From assembly GCF_006345805.1 (NCBI RefSeq), contig NW_021832731.1, forward strand, positions 1-51,032: DNA of 51,032 nucleotides, in the 5' to 3' direction. Below, one piece after another: positions 1 through 12,495 of this stretch (positions are counted from its first letter, which is position 1; every line of letters starts with the position of its first letter). Under the pieces are notes generated by a model. That model made no database searches. It saw only the letters and a program-made list of their open reading frames with translations, and was not told the DNA's origin. The position numbers and the translations under genes were made by a program. Source of the stretch: Octopus sinensis (lineage: Eukaryota).

Positions 1-510
1 TTCTGAGATAGCATAACATTTCCTTCCTTTTTCATGAATTCTAAAATCACAGTTGTTGGAAAGTTAATATACATCACTCTGAAGACCTGCCCCAAAACAT
101 CTATCGTTTTTACTGTAAGACTGTTTCTTTTTTTCTTTTATCGTCAAAAGTTTCTCAGCAGAGAAGAAATCATACCAAAGCACACCATGAGAATCTTAAA
201 TTGTTTAATGAACAGACTGGCACGGATCAAGCCGTTTTCCTGTATCGCGCAGACAAGAATTCATCTCTCCCCAGTATATACGATTTGTATTGTGCGGCCT
301 CGTTCACTACACTTCTGATAGTCAGATCGTGCATATGTTTTTTGGCGATGGCCTCAGTCACTTTCCGAGATCATCATCGATGTATTTTAGAACCCGTTCA
401 ATGGATATCGATCTACGTACATTTAGAATATTGTTTTTCTCTTTGATACAGTTGAAACAATCCCATCAGCAGCTTCCAATCCCATCCGACTTCGTGTACA
501 AAAGATCTTA
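1..510 (-). mobile_element. Degenerate Tc1/mariner transposase relic, maT (DD37D)-like, running off the left window edge
   Basis: Manual minus-strand translation across frameshifts gives IDDDLGK / VTEAIAKKHMHDLTIRSVVNEAAQYKSYILGRDEFLS / QENGLIRA / FFSAEKL...KNDR / FPTTVILEFMKKEGNVM. This follows the order of maT motifs (IRxVVxEDxxYKSY, FFSDEKxF..N..NDR, KFPxxVMV.G..S.EG.VM). Confidence 0.7.
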
Positions 511-877
511 CAACATTTAGAAAGTTAGTAATTTCTAAATTACTGTGTAACAACGCACAAATGGCAATAATGGTTGCATGGCTTCACATGTCTTGTGTTA
601 GCGTTTTATCTGCCATGAGGGATCTGACAGAAATACAATGCTCTTAAGTGTTTTCAAGAGAGTAATATACGGAGAGTTAAGTGTCATCAAATAACACTCT
701 CAACGTCTATTCATTAACTGGGAAGCAACCAAAGTGTGTTACGGGATTAGAGTCGTTCGCATGACACTTATCAAGATATGTGCCTTAAACAAATATGTAA
801 CCATGATTTAAATTCACTTAGCCTCTGACCAAGTAGATAATGCATATACACACATGTATACATGTATACACAGTTGC

Positions 878-990
<113 letters not shown>

Positions 991-1049
991 CAGACTGACA
1001 GACAGACAGACAGGTAGATAGATAGATTGATACATGTATGTATGCCATT

Positions 1050-2470
1050 ATTCTGTTATATTTCAATATTTTTTGCTGGTTTCTAACCAAGATGCAAGAC
1101 TCCTTCACTGGAATCTCAACAATATGAGCAGGATATTTTTGTAAATGTATATGTGCAGATTTGTATGTTTTGTTTTATGCATGTATTCTCATGTATATAG
1201 TTGTATATCTGGACATGCTCATATATATTTAAATGATAAACTTCTGGAAAGTTTTACAGATTTTTACAGTTCCAGTGATGACTTTCTACTTTCTGGTTTT
1301 CAAAAACCTAATTTCACAAGATTGGTATGTAGGCAGTGTGTTACATATCCCAGAGCCCCATTAATTACAGGTATAAACCTGAACTTGTAACCTAGAGAGA
1401 GTAACTTCAGATCTCAATAGTTCAACGTTGGTATTCTCTTTTTTGCTGATCTTCAGATTTATGTTAACATCCGGTGGGTAACTGATTTCCACAACAGTTT
1501 CTCTTCCTTATCCCAAATCATTATGTCAGGTCTGTTGTGCTTACATTTGAGGTTTTCACTGGGACATTTCACCAGTACTCCATCATATTGTGTTTTCGTA
1601 TTTCTTTGGCCTCGAAATTATCTTTCCGACAGATCTCATTATATATATTTCTTTACTACCCACAAGGGGCTAAACACAGAAGAGTCAAACAAGGACAGAC
1701 AAAGGGATTAAGTCGATTACATCGACCCCAGTGAACTGGTACTTAACTTATCGACCCCGAAAGGATGAAAGGCAAAGTCGACCTCGGTGGAATTTGAACT
1801 CAGAACGTAACGGCAGACGAACTACGGCTACGCATTTCGCCCAGCGTGCTAACGTTTCTGCCAGCTAGCTTCCACATCATGTCTCATCGGCAGATAACAC
1901 TGTGACGACGTTTTCAGACAACTGCCTATAATGTGCGTGCTAACTTCGGTGTTAACTCTACAAAGTCTCCATCGGTTATCACATTTTGCTGCTTTTCCTG
2001 GGTCTATATCATTTTTGTGCATCAGGCATTTCGTTGCTATTTCTTGTTCCTGGATTGTAAACGCGTACCCTTCAAAGTGGGAGTTAGTATTCAAGTCCTG
2101 GAGCTTTCTACTAACGTTTCCATGAATGATCTTCTGCTGATATTCGCTCATCCTTTCATCTGATGATGCGTTGTGGCATCTATTTACGCGTATCAGACAA
2201 AGAATGCTGCTCAAGGAGGTACTTTCCAAGTCTTATGATGTTGTCAGCTTCATGTACGCAAACTTGATCAATTGATGCGCTTTGACACTTGAAGTTGAGG
2301 CGGTCTAAGTCAGTGTTCATGTAGAAATTCTGTGTGCAGGTTAGTATCTTCCGGATTTTCACATCAATGGCTCGTATCTCATCAAGCAGCCTAAATATTG
2401 GTATGAGTACTGCAAACACAATGTGGACCAATATTTTATTGAATGTAGAGAGTTCCGAGGTCCATATTTT
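1050..2470 (-). mobile_element. 5'-truncated, decayed non-LTR retrotransposon of the restriction-like endonuclease group (R4/Dong/NeSL-type): RT C-terminal region, CCHC knuckle, RLE domain and 3'UTR; interrupted by a SINE
   Basis: Minus-strand peptides in order: EIRAIDVKIRKILTC...DLDRL (post-RT region); HFEGYAFTIQEQEIATK; CDNRWRLCRVNTE..THIIGSC...Y LPMRHDV (decayed CCHC + RHD); IYNEICRKDN; KHNRPDIMIWDKEEK (PD motif); YKFRFIPVINGALGYV; ITGTVKICKTFQKFII*. Stops and frameshifts are present. Confidence 0.85.
1646..1866 (-). mobile_element. tRNA-headed SINE, family A (extended 'A2' monomer), nested in the RLE LINE
   Basis: Reverse complement reads agctggcagaaacgttagcacg...gttctgagttcaaattccaccgaggtcgactttgcc...ggggtcgatgtaatcgac...cccttgtgggtagtaaagaaata, matching the copies at 13607 and 43756. 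Confidence 0.85.
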
Positions 2471-3354
2471 CTTTATTCGGCTACTATTCTATATATGTAT
2501 GTACATACATGTATGTCTCTTCTATATTTTAATTATCATAAATCTTCCACTGAGGAGGGAGCCGGTTTCCAACGAAGATACAAGGCTCCATCTTTGGGGT
2601 GTCGTTAAGACAGACAAATGCACATTTGGAAATTGAGGAAAGTCTTGCATATTTTTACAGTATGTATGCATGTATATATGTATGTACGCATGAGAGGTGA
2701 AGAACGGAAACGATAGGAAGATATATATACATATATACATACAGATGCAATCAATCTGAGTGTTAGTTACATTGATGAAAACAATGGACGTTTGATATTC
2801 TGGAACATACCTGTGTATATGCACATAATATTAAAAACAAAGATTTGAACATGAGCAGATATTTCTTGTTAAACAACTACTAACAGATTAGCAGGGCGAA
2901 CGCGATGGTATAATGTGCATCCTACTTCGTAGTTTATGGAAGCTTGTATGTGTGCTTATTAACGACACGCTGTGGTCTTCTTTTTATATCATGTGATATC
3001 AAACATATTTCATATTTTTTCATTATTCGCTGTTTGGAACTCTATAAAAAAAATCCGACTCTCTTGTCGTTTCTTCAAAGATGTTTTTTTTTCATTATTA
3101 TAAAAAAAACAGTGCGTTATATTTTATATGTAAAACATACGTTTAAACGATAAAATGTTGAGCAAACACAAAAACATGTATCTGTGGGTGGGTGGGTGGA
3201 TATGGGTGTCTAGGGGGGGCTAGATATTTGTCTTCTTTTCTGTATCACGTGTCAATATCATTGTGTATTTCAACAAGACACACACACACCTCAGTTTTCA
3301 TCTTCGCTTTATCTGCAATTTATTCTTTCAACTTTTCATTCTCTCTCTCTCTCT

Positions 3355-3357
3355 TTG

Positions 3358-3420
<63 letters not shown>

Positions 3421-3743
3421 TATACATATATATATACATATATATATATACATATATAGTATATATACGTATATATATATATACTATATATATATATTAT
3501 ATAGATACATCATATATATATACATATATATATTATAACATATATATATATATAAATGATACATACACACACGCACGCGCGCATATACGCCTCAATAGAT
3601 ATGACGATAACAAACACACATTTTGCGAATAACACTCTTCATGTTGGAAACACTATAAGACATTTGGAATGCTAATGGTATCCTAATTTGACCCAACCCA
3701 TATAAATCTATATTGTCACACCTTTCCTATGTATATATGTGTG

Positions 3744-3807
<64 letters not shown>

Positions 3808-3880
3808 CAAAGAGCTTTACCCCAGACGACGAAATAACGCAGCTTCACACACGTTTAACAACGTGTATGTGTATATATAT

Positions 3881-3930
<50 letters not shown>

Positions 3931-4077
3931 CATACTTACGTACGTATATATGTATGTGGTTAATGTGCATGTGTATAAATGCATGTTTATACATATATAC
4001 ATATTGGTGTTTATGTATATATAAGCATGTATGTGCATATCTAAGATTGTGTATATTTATATCTATGTATATATATC

Positions 4078-4115
<38 letters not shown>

Positions 4116-4201
4116 TCTTGATATATAAATATACGTATGTAAAAATCATATATATATATATATAGTCATATGTGTGTGTGTACATAACACGCAACACACA
4201 C

Positions 4202-4235
<34 letters not shown>

Positions 4236-4270
4236 GTATATATATTCCCATATACATTCATATGTGTGTG
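3355..4270. repeat. Compound (TA)n/(CA)n/(GA)n microsatellite block
   Basis: Long imperfect dinucleotide runs with short unique interruptions. Confidence 0.95.
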
Positions 4271-4897
4271 TGTACATAACGCGCAACACCTATATGCTTA
4301 TATACACACGTTACCTACATCCGCCACCGCAAACACACACGTACATATTCGGTAGTGGCACGACTGTAGCAGCAGAAATATCGGTGATCTACGAAGATAT
4401 AGAAGAATCTGTGTCATGGGAACCAAATCTATTTCATCCAAGACTCCAAGCATTACTTTGTCGCTCTATCTCGACATAAAATCTCGGCAAATTTCGAGCA
4501 AACATCATGTACAGACATCGCAAACGTGAATGCTTAATCTCCTTCGATCGTTACCACATGATAACAGCCGATAGATCTTAGCTGTCACAAACATACACAC
4601 ACACACACCACACACGTGCGTACACACACATAGATGCACACTCACATACACATACACACGCAGGCGCACACACAAGTACACACGCGTAACCGAATGTACA
4701 CATCGATATTCTCAACCCCCATGTTTCATGTGTGTGTGTGTGTGTGTATGTGTGTGTGTGTGTCCAATCGTCATTATTATTTCTAAAAGTTTACATACTT
4801 ACATATATATATATACATACATACATACACAGACACACACACACACACACTTATATATATACACATTTACACATACTCACATTCGAATATATATATC

Positions 4898-4933
<36 letters not shown>

Positions 4934-5565
4934 CATATATGTATATATATGTGTGTACGGGTGTGTGTGTATACATAAACACGCGCATATTTATAAATAT
5001 ATATATAGAGAGAGGGGGAGAGGGAGAGAGGGAGAGAGAGGGAGAGAGAGGGTAATGTAACAAAACTGCACTGTAAAAGCTCAATTTGGTTAACCACTAA
5101 AACTCCAGCCTAAACTGAAGCTAAAATTGTGGATCCTAAGCGGATGGCTAGAGATTAAAACAGCAGATTAAAATGTAGCATATTTGGCTTCACTGGAAAA
5201 GCTTTTGATTTAGAAATAGAATAGAAACCGATAGTGTCTCTTACAGCTGTTTCGAGTAAAGCGAAGCATATTGATCAGGATTGTGAGAAAGGATTCCATA
5301 AGCTTATTAAGCGGGTCGCACATTTTGCATTCCGGGATTCGAATCTATTTCCATGATTTCCTTCTTCAAGTATTTGTCGTGATGCACTGACCCTGTACTT
5401 ATTAGAACCACTAAATTACTTTCTGCTCCTTGTAAGGATCTTTTAAGCAATATTTGGCTTTAATTTTGACGAACTTTTTTCTCTGATGAGCATTGTGAGG
5501 TGTTGGCCATAAAGTGGTTCTTCTTCTCAGTTGTTCTTTACAATTCATTGTGATTTTCCTCAATT

Positions 5566-5716
5566 TTCTTCTTCTTCTTCTTCTTCTTCTCTTCTTCTTC
5601 TTCTTCTTCTTCTTCTTCTTCTTCTTCTTCTTCTTCTTCTTCTTCGTCTTCTTCTTCTTCTTCTTCTTCTTCTTCTCCTCCTCCTTCTTCTCATCCTCCT
5701 CCTTCTTCTTCTTCTT
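5566..5716. repeat. (CTT)n microsatellite
   Basis: About 150 bp of CTT with CTC/CGT variants. Confidence 0.97.
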
Positions 5717-5885
5717 AACGGTATTTCGCCATTACTACATTCTGAGTCGAGATCGACTTTGCCTTTCATTCTTTCGGAATCGATAAAATAAGTACCAGTT
5801 GAACACTGGGGTCGATGTAATCGACTCATTTCTAAATCCCCCAAGGTACCCTTGTGGCAAAAATTTGAAATTATTGTTATTATTA
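5716..5885 (+). mobile_element. SINE family A, second-unit-only (5'-truncated) copy with (ATT) tail
   Basis: Closely matches 13842-13990 (ctacattctgagtcga...ataagtaccagttgaacactggggtcgatgtaat...gtacccttgtggcaaaaatttgaaattatt). Confidence 0.85.
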
Positions 5886-6061
5886 CACACAAACACAAAG
5901 TTTAAACAAATGTCTTTCTTCGAATATGAAATAAATTAGCATGCCACACATAAGTTAGTGTATAATCTATATATACATACATACATACATACATATATAC
6001 ATATATACAGATAAAGGGTGAAATATAATTAATTTAATAAAATCAACAAATTTCACCAAGT

Positions 6062-6551
6062 AAAAGAAGAAAAATAACGAAATCAAACAGTCCACGGTCA
6101 ATTATGGACGTACGTTTCTGGATTAGAATCAAAGATTCATTTCCTTTATCAACATAATATTCCGGTACATAAATCTAGAAATGCTAGGAAATCTTACCCT
6201 CCATATTTCCGACCAGGGACATCGGGGCATACAGAAGCTAATCAGCATATCCACATTTATATAGACAAGTGAATTCGTATCTCCCTCCAGAATTTTTTTC
6301 ACACGTGAGTTACAAATAATACTGCCGAAAATAAATTCGTAGTTCTGTCGTAGATATGTGAATATGCTCATTAGCTTCTGTATGCCCCGATGTCGCCTGT
6401 TGAGAAATATGGAGGGTAAGATTTCCTAGCATTTCTAGATTTATGTACCGGAATATTATGTTGATGAAGGAAATGAATCTTTGATTCTAATCCAGAAACG
6501 TACGTCCATAATTGACCGTGGACTGTTTGATTTCATTATTTTTCTTCTTTT
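6062..6551. repeat. Long inverted repeat: arms 6062-6256 and 6356-6551, ~99-bp spacer
   Basis: The reverse complement of the right arm aligns to the left arm over ~195 bp with about 8-9 differences. Confidence 0.95.
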
Positions 6552-6702
6552 TTTGCCACATAGTGAGTTGCAAATACTGTTGTCTGTGGAGATATATTTT
6601 TGTAGTAAAAGAAATAACAGTCTTTTAAATAACAGGCTGCCATTTCTAATACTTTCGGTATGTGGTCTAGCAACTTGTTGCAAAGACCCTCTTTGTTATA
6701 AT

Positions 6703-6748
<46 letters not shown>

Positions 6749-6968
6749 TGACTTAAAATTGTATGATAGATTGCCGTCATTTCATTCTCTCTTACCTGTC
6801 TGTGTTTGCCTTTCAAGTGCTGTGTTTTTACTGAGATCTCCCTTTTAGTAGAAAGAATAGCTATAACTCTTTGACTGCTATTTCTAAATTCGTGTGGTGG
6901 TGAGGGCAATTCGTTGCTAAACCCTTAATTAATTAGTATATATAATATATTATATATATTATAAATAT

Positions 6969-7016
<48 letters not shown>

Positions 7017-7405
7017 TATATATATATATATTATATATATATATATGTTAATGAATGTATCTAAACAGGTCTATTATATGCTGGCCATTGATAAATTTTT
7101 TAAATTGTATCCTTAATTATATGTATGTATATGTATAAATAACCGCCTGTGTATACATGTCCGTGTGTGTAGTGGTGTTTGTGTGGTTAGGGCCATATGT
7201 GTATTTGTGTGCTGGTGTTTGTGTATGTTTACTTATATAAATACATTCACGTCTGTGTTTCTTTTGATTTTCGAAATATGACTAGCCTTGTAAGTGCCAC
7301 TATCCGAATAAATAAATATCTCTCCTCTACCATATGTTCTTGAATATTTTTTTAAAATTGCCTTTCTTTTATTTGTACATGTATATGTGCCTAAGTTTAG
7401 AGGCA

Positions 7406-7448
<43 letters not shown>

Positions 7449-7458
7449 TATAATATAT

Positions 7459-7490
<32 letters not shown>

Positions 7491-7569
7491 ATATATGTAT
7501 ATATATATATATATATATGTATGTATAATATATAGATATATATATTTATACATATATATCATATGCATA

Positions 7570-7632
<63 letters not shown>

Positions 7633-8644
7633 GTGAAATAGAAAGATGAATAATCTTGTAGTAGATTAATCAAAAGTTTAACCGATGCCTTTCGAAACAC
7701 GTGTAGAATGAAATAAAACGATTTCTGTTCAATCTGCGTTCAGCTCCATTTCTTCAATTCACCAATAATGTTTTATATATATATATATATATATACACAC
7801 GTATTTTCATATATATTTATATATAGAGAGAGAGAGAAGGAGAGGGGAGAAAGAGAGTAAGACAGAGTAATTGCTATTAATCCAAACAAGTGGATGAATA
7901 GAAGCAATGAAACTGAAAATGCACAGAGAATTAATTAGAATTAATTAGAATATATTTCAAAATATAGAGATACATTTTACCGGTTTTACATTAGTTTTTC
8001 AAAAGTCTATGGAATTTGGTGCTGTGTCGCAAATTATGTCTATAAGAATGGTTTGTTTTCAAAATAGGTATGCAGCTTAGAACGCTACCCGTTAACATAC
8101 AAAATTGATTGGTCTCTGTTTCTGCACGAAGCTCATGCGGTGGGTCCCGCAAGAAAATAACATAAAACCATTCGTTCATTGATTATGTCATATGACAGTT
8201 ACAAAAGAGAGATATGAATAAGGGATAGAATAATTGTTTACGTAAAAGGATTATACATGATTATTGTTTATTGTTCTGTCTAAGACTAATGTTAATAATT
8301 CGTGCAACGTCCTCCCATTCAACATCTTAAACATATCTCCTCTTTGTTATCAAGGTGTGAGTTAAGTAAGATAACGAGGTGTGGAGTAAATAAGATGAAT
8401 GATAACTGCTACATGTATTTTAGTTTTCTTAATAAGAAGAAACCAAAGTAGACGTTCAACAATATTTATTTCAAAAGAATAGGAGAATCGTGTATTGCTG
8501 ATGTTTTATAGTCTGTTCAGCGATGGCTTGTATTTTTTAATAAACGAACTTGCGTTATTAATCAATGTTTGGTCAGCAAGGTACCTTCATTAGAATTTCA
8601 ACATCAACAACAAGGTATTTTTGTATGTGTGTATGTATATATAT

Positions 8645-8847
8645 ATATTGTTATATTTCGGAATGGTCATATTGCCAGTTTAGCCAATAAAAACACACGC
8701 ACTATATATTTGGTGTTATTTTGCTTCAGTGATATTTAATTTTTACATTAATCTTAATCTTATTTCGGCCAGAGTTCTTTCCGAAGTATAACAATATCTG
8801 TTTCAACACACGACTTCACATAAAAAATCTTGCACAACAAATATTTA

Positions 8848-8887
<40 letters not shown>

Positions 8888-9095
8888 AATACAAAATGGG
8901 ACAAGAACGGAAAACATTCAAATAGATGATACAAAAAACGGACGGGTCATTCGAAGCCTCTAATCTTCCTCACAACCGGATCATCCTCACAATTTCGGCT
9001 GATTAATCTTGAGATTGCTCCGATCTGGCCAGCCCCAAGGAAAAACTAAGCTACGAGCATTAGATTTCTTGGAAAAAGGATCGAATGTATACGAA
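8645..9095. mobile_element. Dispersed repeat with internal (TA)n; related copy at 25571-25790; internal segment inverted in this copy
   Basis: aacaatatctgtttcaacacacgacttcacataaaaaatcttgcacaac occurs at both ~8790 and ~25725. 8650-8780 is the reverse complement of ~25592-25715. Confidence 0.8.
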
Positions 9096-9101
9096 ACGTA
9101 T

Positions 9102-9175
9102 GTATACGTGCAGGTCTGCATGCTTTATTTCATACATGTATTCTCACGCATACAGTTGCATATCTAGACATGTTC
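9102..9175 (-). mobile_element. Fragment homologous to the 3'UTR of the RLE LINE at 1147-1220
   Basis: Gapless 74-nt alignment, 60/74 identical. Confidence 0.85.
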
Positions 9176-9188
9176 GTATGTATGTATG

Positions 9189-9220
<32 letters not shown>

Positions 9221-9244
9221 CATGTATGTATGTATGTATGTATG

Positions 9245-9278
<34 letters not shown>

Positions 9279-9556
9279 TGTATGCATGTATGTATGATGT
9301 ATGTATGTATGTATGTATGTATTTATGTATGTATGTATGCATGTATGTATGCATGTATGTATGTATGTATGTATATATGTATGTATGTATTTATGTATGT
9401 ATGTATGTATTTATGTATGTATGTATGCATGTATGTATGTATGTATGTATGTATGTATGCATGCATGTATGTATGTATGTATGTATGTATGTATGTATGT
9501 ATGTATGTATGTATGTACGTATGTATGTATGTATGTATGTATTTATGTATGTATGT
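9176..9556. repeat. (TATG)n microsatellite, ~380 bp
   Basis: Long tetranucleotide run with TGCA/TTTA variants. Confidence 0.98.
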
Positions 9557-9627
9557 AAATATTTTGTTTAGTAACAAGAGGGAAAAATAAACAAATAATG
9601 GAGAGAAAGAAAGAAGCAAACAAAGAA

Positions 9628-9666
<39 letters not shown>

Positions 9667-9831
9667 AGAGAATTCCAAGGCAACGTTTGGCCACATTTTC
9701 ATAATTCCACATCATATATTTCTCATTTTGCTTTTCTATTCTTTCTCATATCCTTCTATCTTTCATTTTGATTTCCTTCATTCATTCCCTCGGTTTCTCA
9801 ATCATTTTTTCCATTCGTTCATTTTATATAT

Positions 9832-9878
<47 letters not shown>

Positions 9879-10439
9879 TTTCTTAACCCCTGTGGCGAGA
9901 TGGCTTAGATAATATGCAGATGTCAATTAGATGTCAATGATATTAACCGAAACGAGAGCAAAACTGACAGAAATTCTAACATATCCCAAATAAATATTAA
10001 CAAATGACAAAATTCCTTATTAGAAGCTATTTTATTTTATTCTTTTTCTTGTTTTTATGTAATTTATTTTATTCATTTTATGCGTTTCTTTTTTACCATT
10101 CTTCCGTTTTTTGTTACTTTTTTTTATTTAGCTGTTGTATTATTGTTTATTTATATTTTTGTTTGTATGTTTTTTTAGAATGTTTTCTACTAGCGTGTTT
10201 ACTGCTTTCTTTAGTTTTCTATGTTTTTTTCGTGTATATATGTATGTTTATTTTTTTCTATTTATTTTGTGATTATTTTTCTCGTCATTGTTCTCCTTAG
10301 TCAAAATAATTTACAAATATAATCAAAGCAACAACAAGAAGAATGACATGCAACAAGAATATCAGCTAAAACCATCAACGATAGCACAAAGACAACCGCC
10401 AAGATGAAAGCACTCGAAACAGCAACATCCAGATTTAAC

Positions 10440-10479
10440 CAGCAACAATAACAATTACAACAACAACAACAACAATAAC

Positions 10480-10531
<52 letters not shown>

Positions 10532-10565
10532 GTAATAATAAGATAATGATGATGTAATAATAATA

Positions 10566-10625
<60 letters not shown>

Positions 10626-10633
10626 TGATGATG

Positions 10634-10680
<47 letters not shown>

Positions 10681-10716
10681 TAATAATAATAATAAAATAA
10701 TAATATGATGATGATG

Positions 10717-10768
<52 letters not shown>

Positions 10769-10795
10769 TGATGATGATAACAATAATAATAATAA

Positions 10796-10840
<45 letters not shown>

Positions 10841-10841
10841 T

Positions 10842-10872
<31 letters not shown>

Positions 10873-10985
10873 TAATGATGATAATGATGATGATGATGAT
10901 GATGATGGTGGTGCTGGTGCTGGTGCTGGTGCTGGTTTTGATGATGATAATGATAAAACAGCAACAATAATAATTATAATAATTC
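10440..10985. repeat. Compound (CAA)/(AAT)/(GAT)/(GGT)/(GCT) trinucleotide array
   Basis: About 540 bp of graded trinucleotide blocks. Confidence 0.97.
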
Positions 10986-11689
10986 ATCTGCAAATAAATG
11001 TAGTACTAACGAAAATTATGATAAAAGAATTGTATTATGAATTAAAAATTACAATTATAAGAAGCAAGCATTTTTATTTTTTCATTATATAATTCAACAA
11101 ATATACATTTTTTTTTTAATCATTGTTGATTATTTTCTTGCATTATTGTTGATTTGTTTTCCAATCACTTTAGTTTACTTTTACAAAGATGAAGAGATAA
11201 AAAAAAAACACAATCCTCTGGTTTAGCGAGAAAGAAATCAGACAACGTTTGTGTGAATATATTCTGATTTTGTTTTTAAGTTTACGCTCGTGTTCTCGTA
11301 CATGTTGTGTGTTACTTTAGTCATTATGAAATTAACGAATTCCAGGTGAATGTGATTAGAACATCGGGTCACATCTGAGACAAAACAGTATTTTATGCAT
11401 TATTGTTTGTATACTGGTCCTATTTTCCGTTACGTAGCTTCACAGCACGACCGATCGCAACACTTGTCAACGTTGATTTTCTACCGTGATCTGTGATGGA
11501 TCTGCAACTTGTGTTGTATTGGAAAATCCTGTCACATTTTTGTCGTAATCACTTTGAGGGGTCTTTTTTCAATACTTAGGTAGAATTAGCATTATTTTTT
11601 TTTTACATTTTTATGTGTTTTATGCTTTGTTTAGAGATTACATTATTCCATAGGGGCTAAATTCATATCGATATAAATTTTTTAAAGTG

Positions 11690-11985
11690 AACCTGACTCA
11701 GACCGCTATCCGACATTGCATGTTGCATGGATTGAAAAAGGTTTTTCAGCATCGGAAGCGGCACGAAATATTCGTATTTTCTGTGGAAATGATTCTTTAG
11801 GTATGCTAACAAGTCAACAATAGTTTGATCATTTTCGTGTAGGAAAATTTTCTCTCGCAGATTCTTCTCGATCCGGGCGACTTCTTGTGAAGAAACCAGA
11901 AATGATATTCGAAACCTGAAGAATTTTATGCCCGGGAGATCAACAATTTGCCAAATATGTGGGATTATGTAAATCAATAATGAGC
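11690..11985 (+). mobile_element. Internally deleted mariner transposase relic (N-terminal HTH fused to C-terminus)
   Basis: Plus-strand translation: AIRHCMLH / EKGFSASEAARNIRIFCGNDSLGMLTSQQ*FDHFRVGKFSLADSSRSGR (mariner HTH ending in D..RSGRP). About 35 nt later: EEFYAREINNLPNMWDYVNQ* (mariner C-terminal FY..GI..LP.RW motif). Confidence 0.85.
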
Positions 11986-11994
11986 GTAAAACTA

Positions 11995-12215
11995 ATCGGC
12001 GAATTAACAGAACCGGTTGCAGACCTGGCAAAATGGCTTTGCTTTGTCTTTACAATCTCAGTTCAAATGCCACCCAGATCGACTTTGCTTCCTTCTTTCC
12101 GTGATCGATAAAAAAAAGTACCAGTTGAATCTGGGATCGACATAATCGATCTGACCCCGTCCCTACAAATTGCTGGCCTTGTACCAAAATTTGAAGCCAA
12201 TATTATTATTATTAT
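11995..12215 (+). mobile_element. SINE family A, degenerate, with (ATT/ATC)n tail
   Basis: ctcagttcaaatgcc...gatcgactttgc...gtaccagttgaatctgggatcgacataatcgat...ggccttgtaccaaaatttgaa. Confidence 0.8.
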
Positions 12216-12304
12216 TATTATTATCATCATCATCATCATCATCATCATCATTATTATTATTATTATATCATCCTTACTAACAGCGAATAAACAGGATCGT
12301 TAGC

Positions 12305-12495
12305 AACACCGGGCAAGATGAGTTGCGGCATATAGTTCATCTTTACGTTTTGAATTCAAATTCCACTGAGGTTGACTTCGCCTTTTGTCCTTCCGAGATT
12401 GATAAAATAAGTCCCAGTTGAACACAGGCGTCAATTAATCGACTTCACCAAATCCCCCACCCCCGAATTGCTGGCCTTGTGCCAAAATGTAAAAC
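12305..12495 (+). mobile_element. SINE family A, degenerate
   Basis: ctttacgttttgaattcaaattccactgaggttgacttcgcc...gataaaataagtcccagttgaacac...ggccttgtgccaaaat. Confidence 0.8.

Noticed and set aside
2558-2589. ggagcc...ggctcc 6-bp stem
   Set aside because: Too short to distinguish from chance; no ribozyme or terminator context could be fitted.
6129-6747. Similar ORFs on opposite strands (6129-6371, 6456-6683, 6481-6747)
   Set aside because: A by-product of the inverted repeat; no recognisable protein motif.
11663-12031. 122-aa minus-strand ORF that looks like a globular protein exon
   Set aside because: The opposite strand carries clear mariner transposase motifs, so the ORF is best explained as an antisense shadow.
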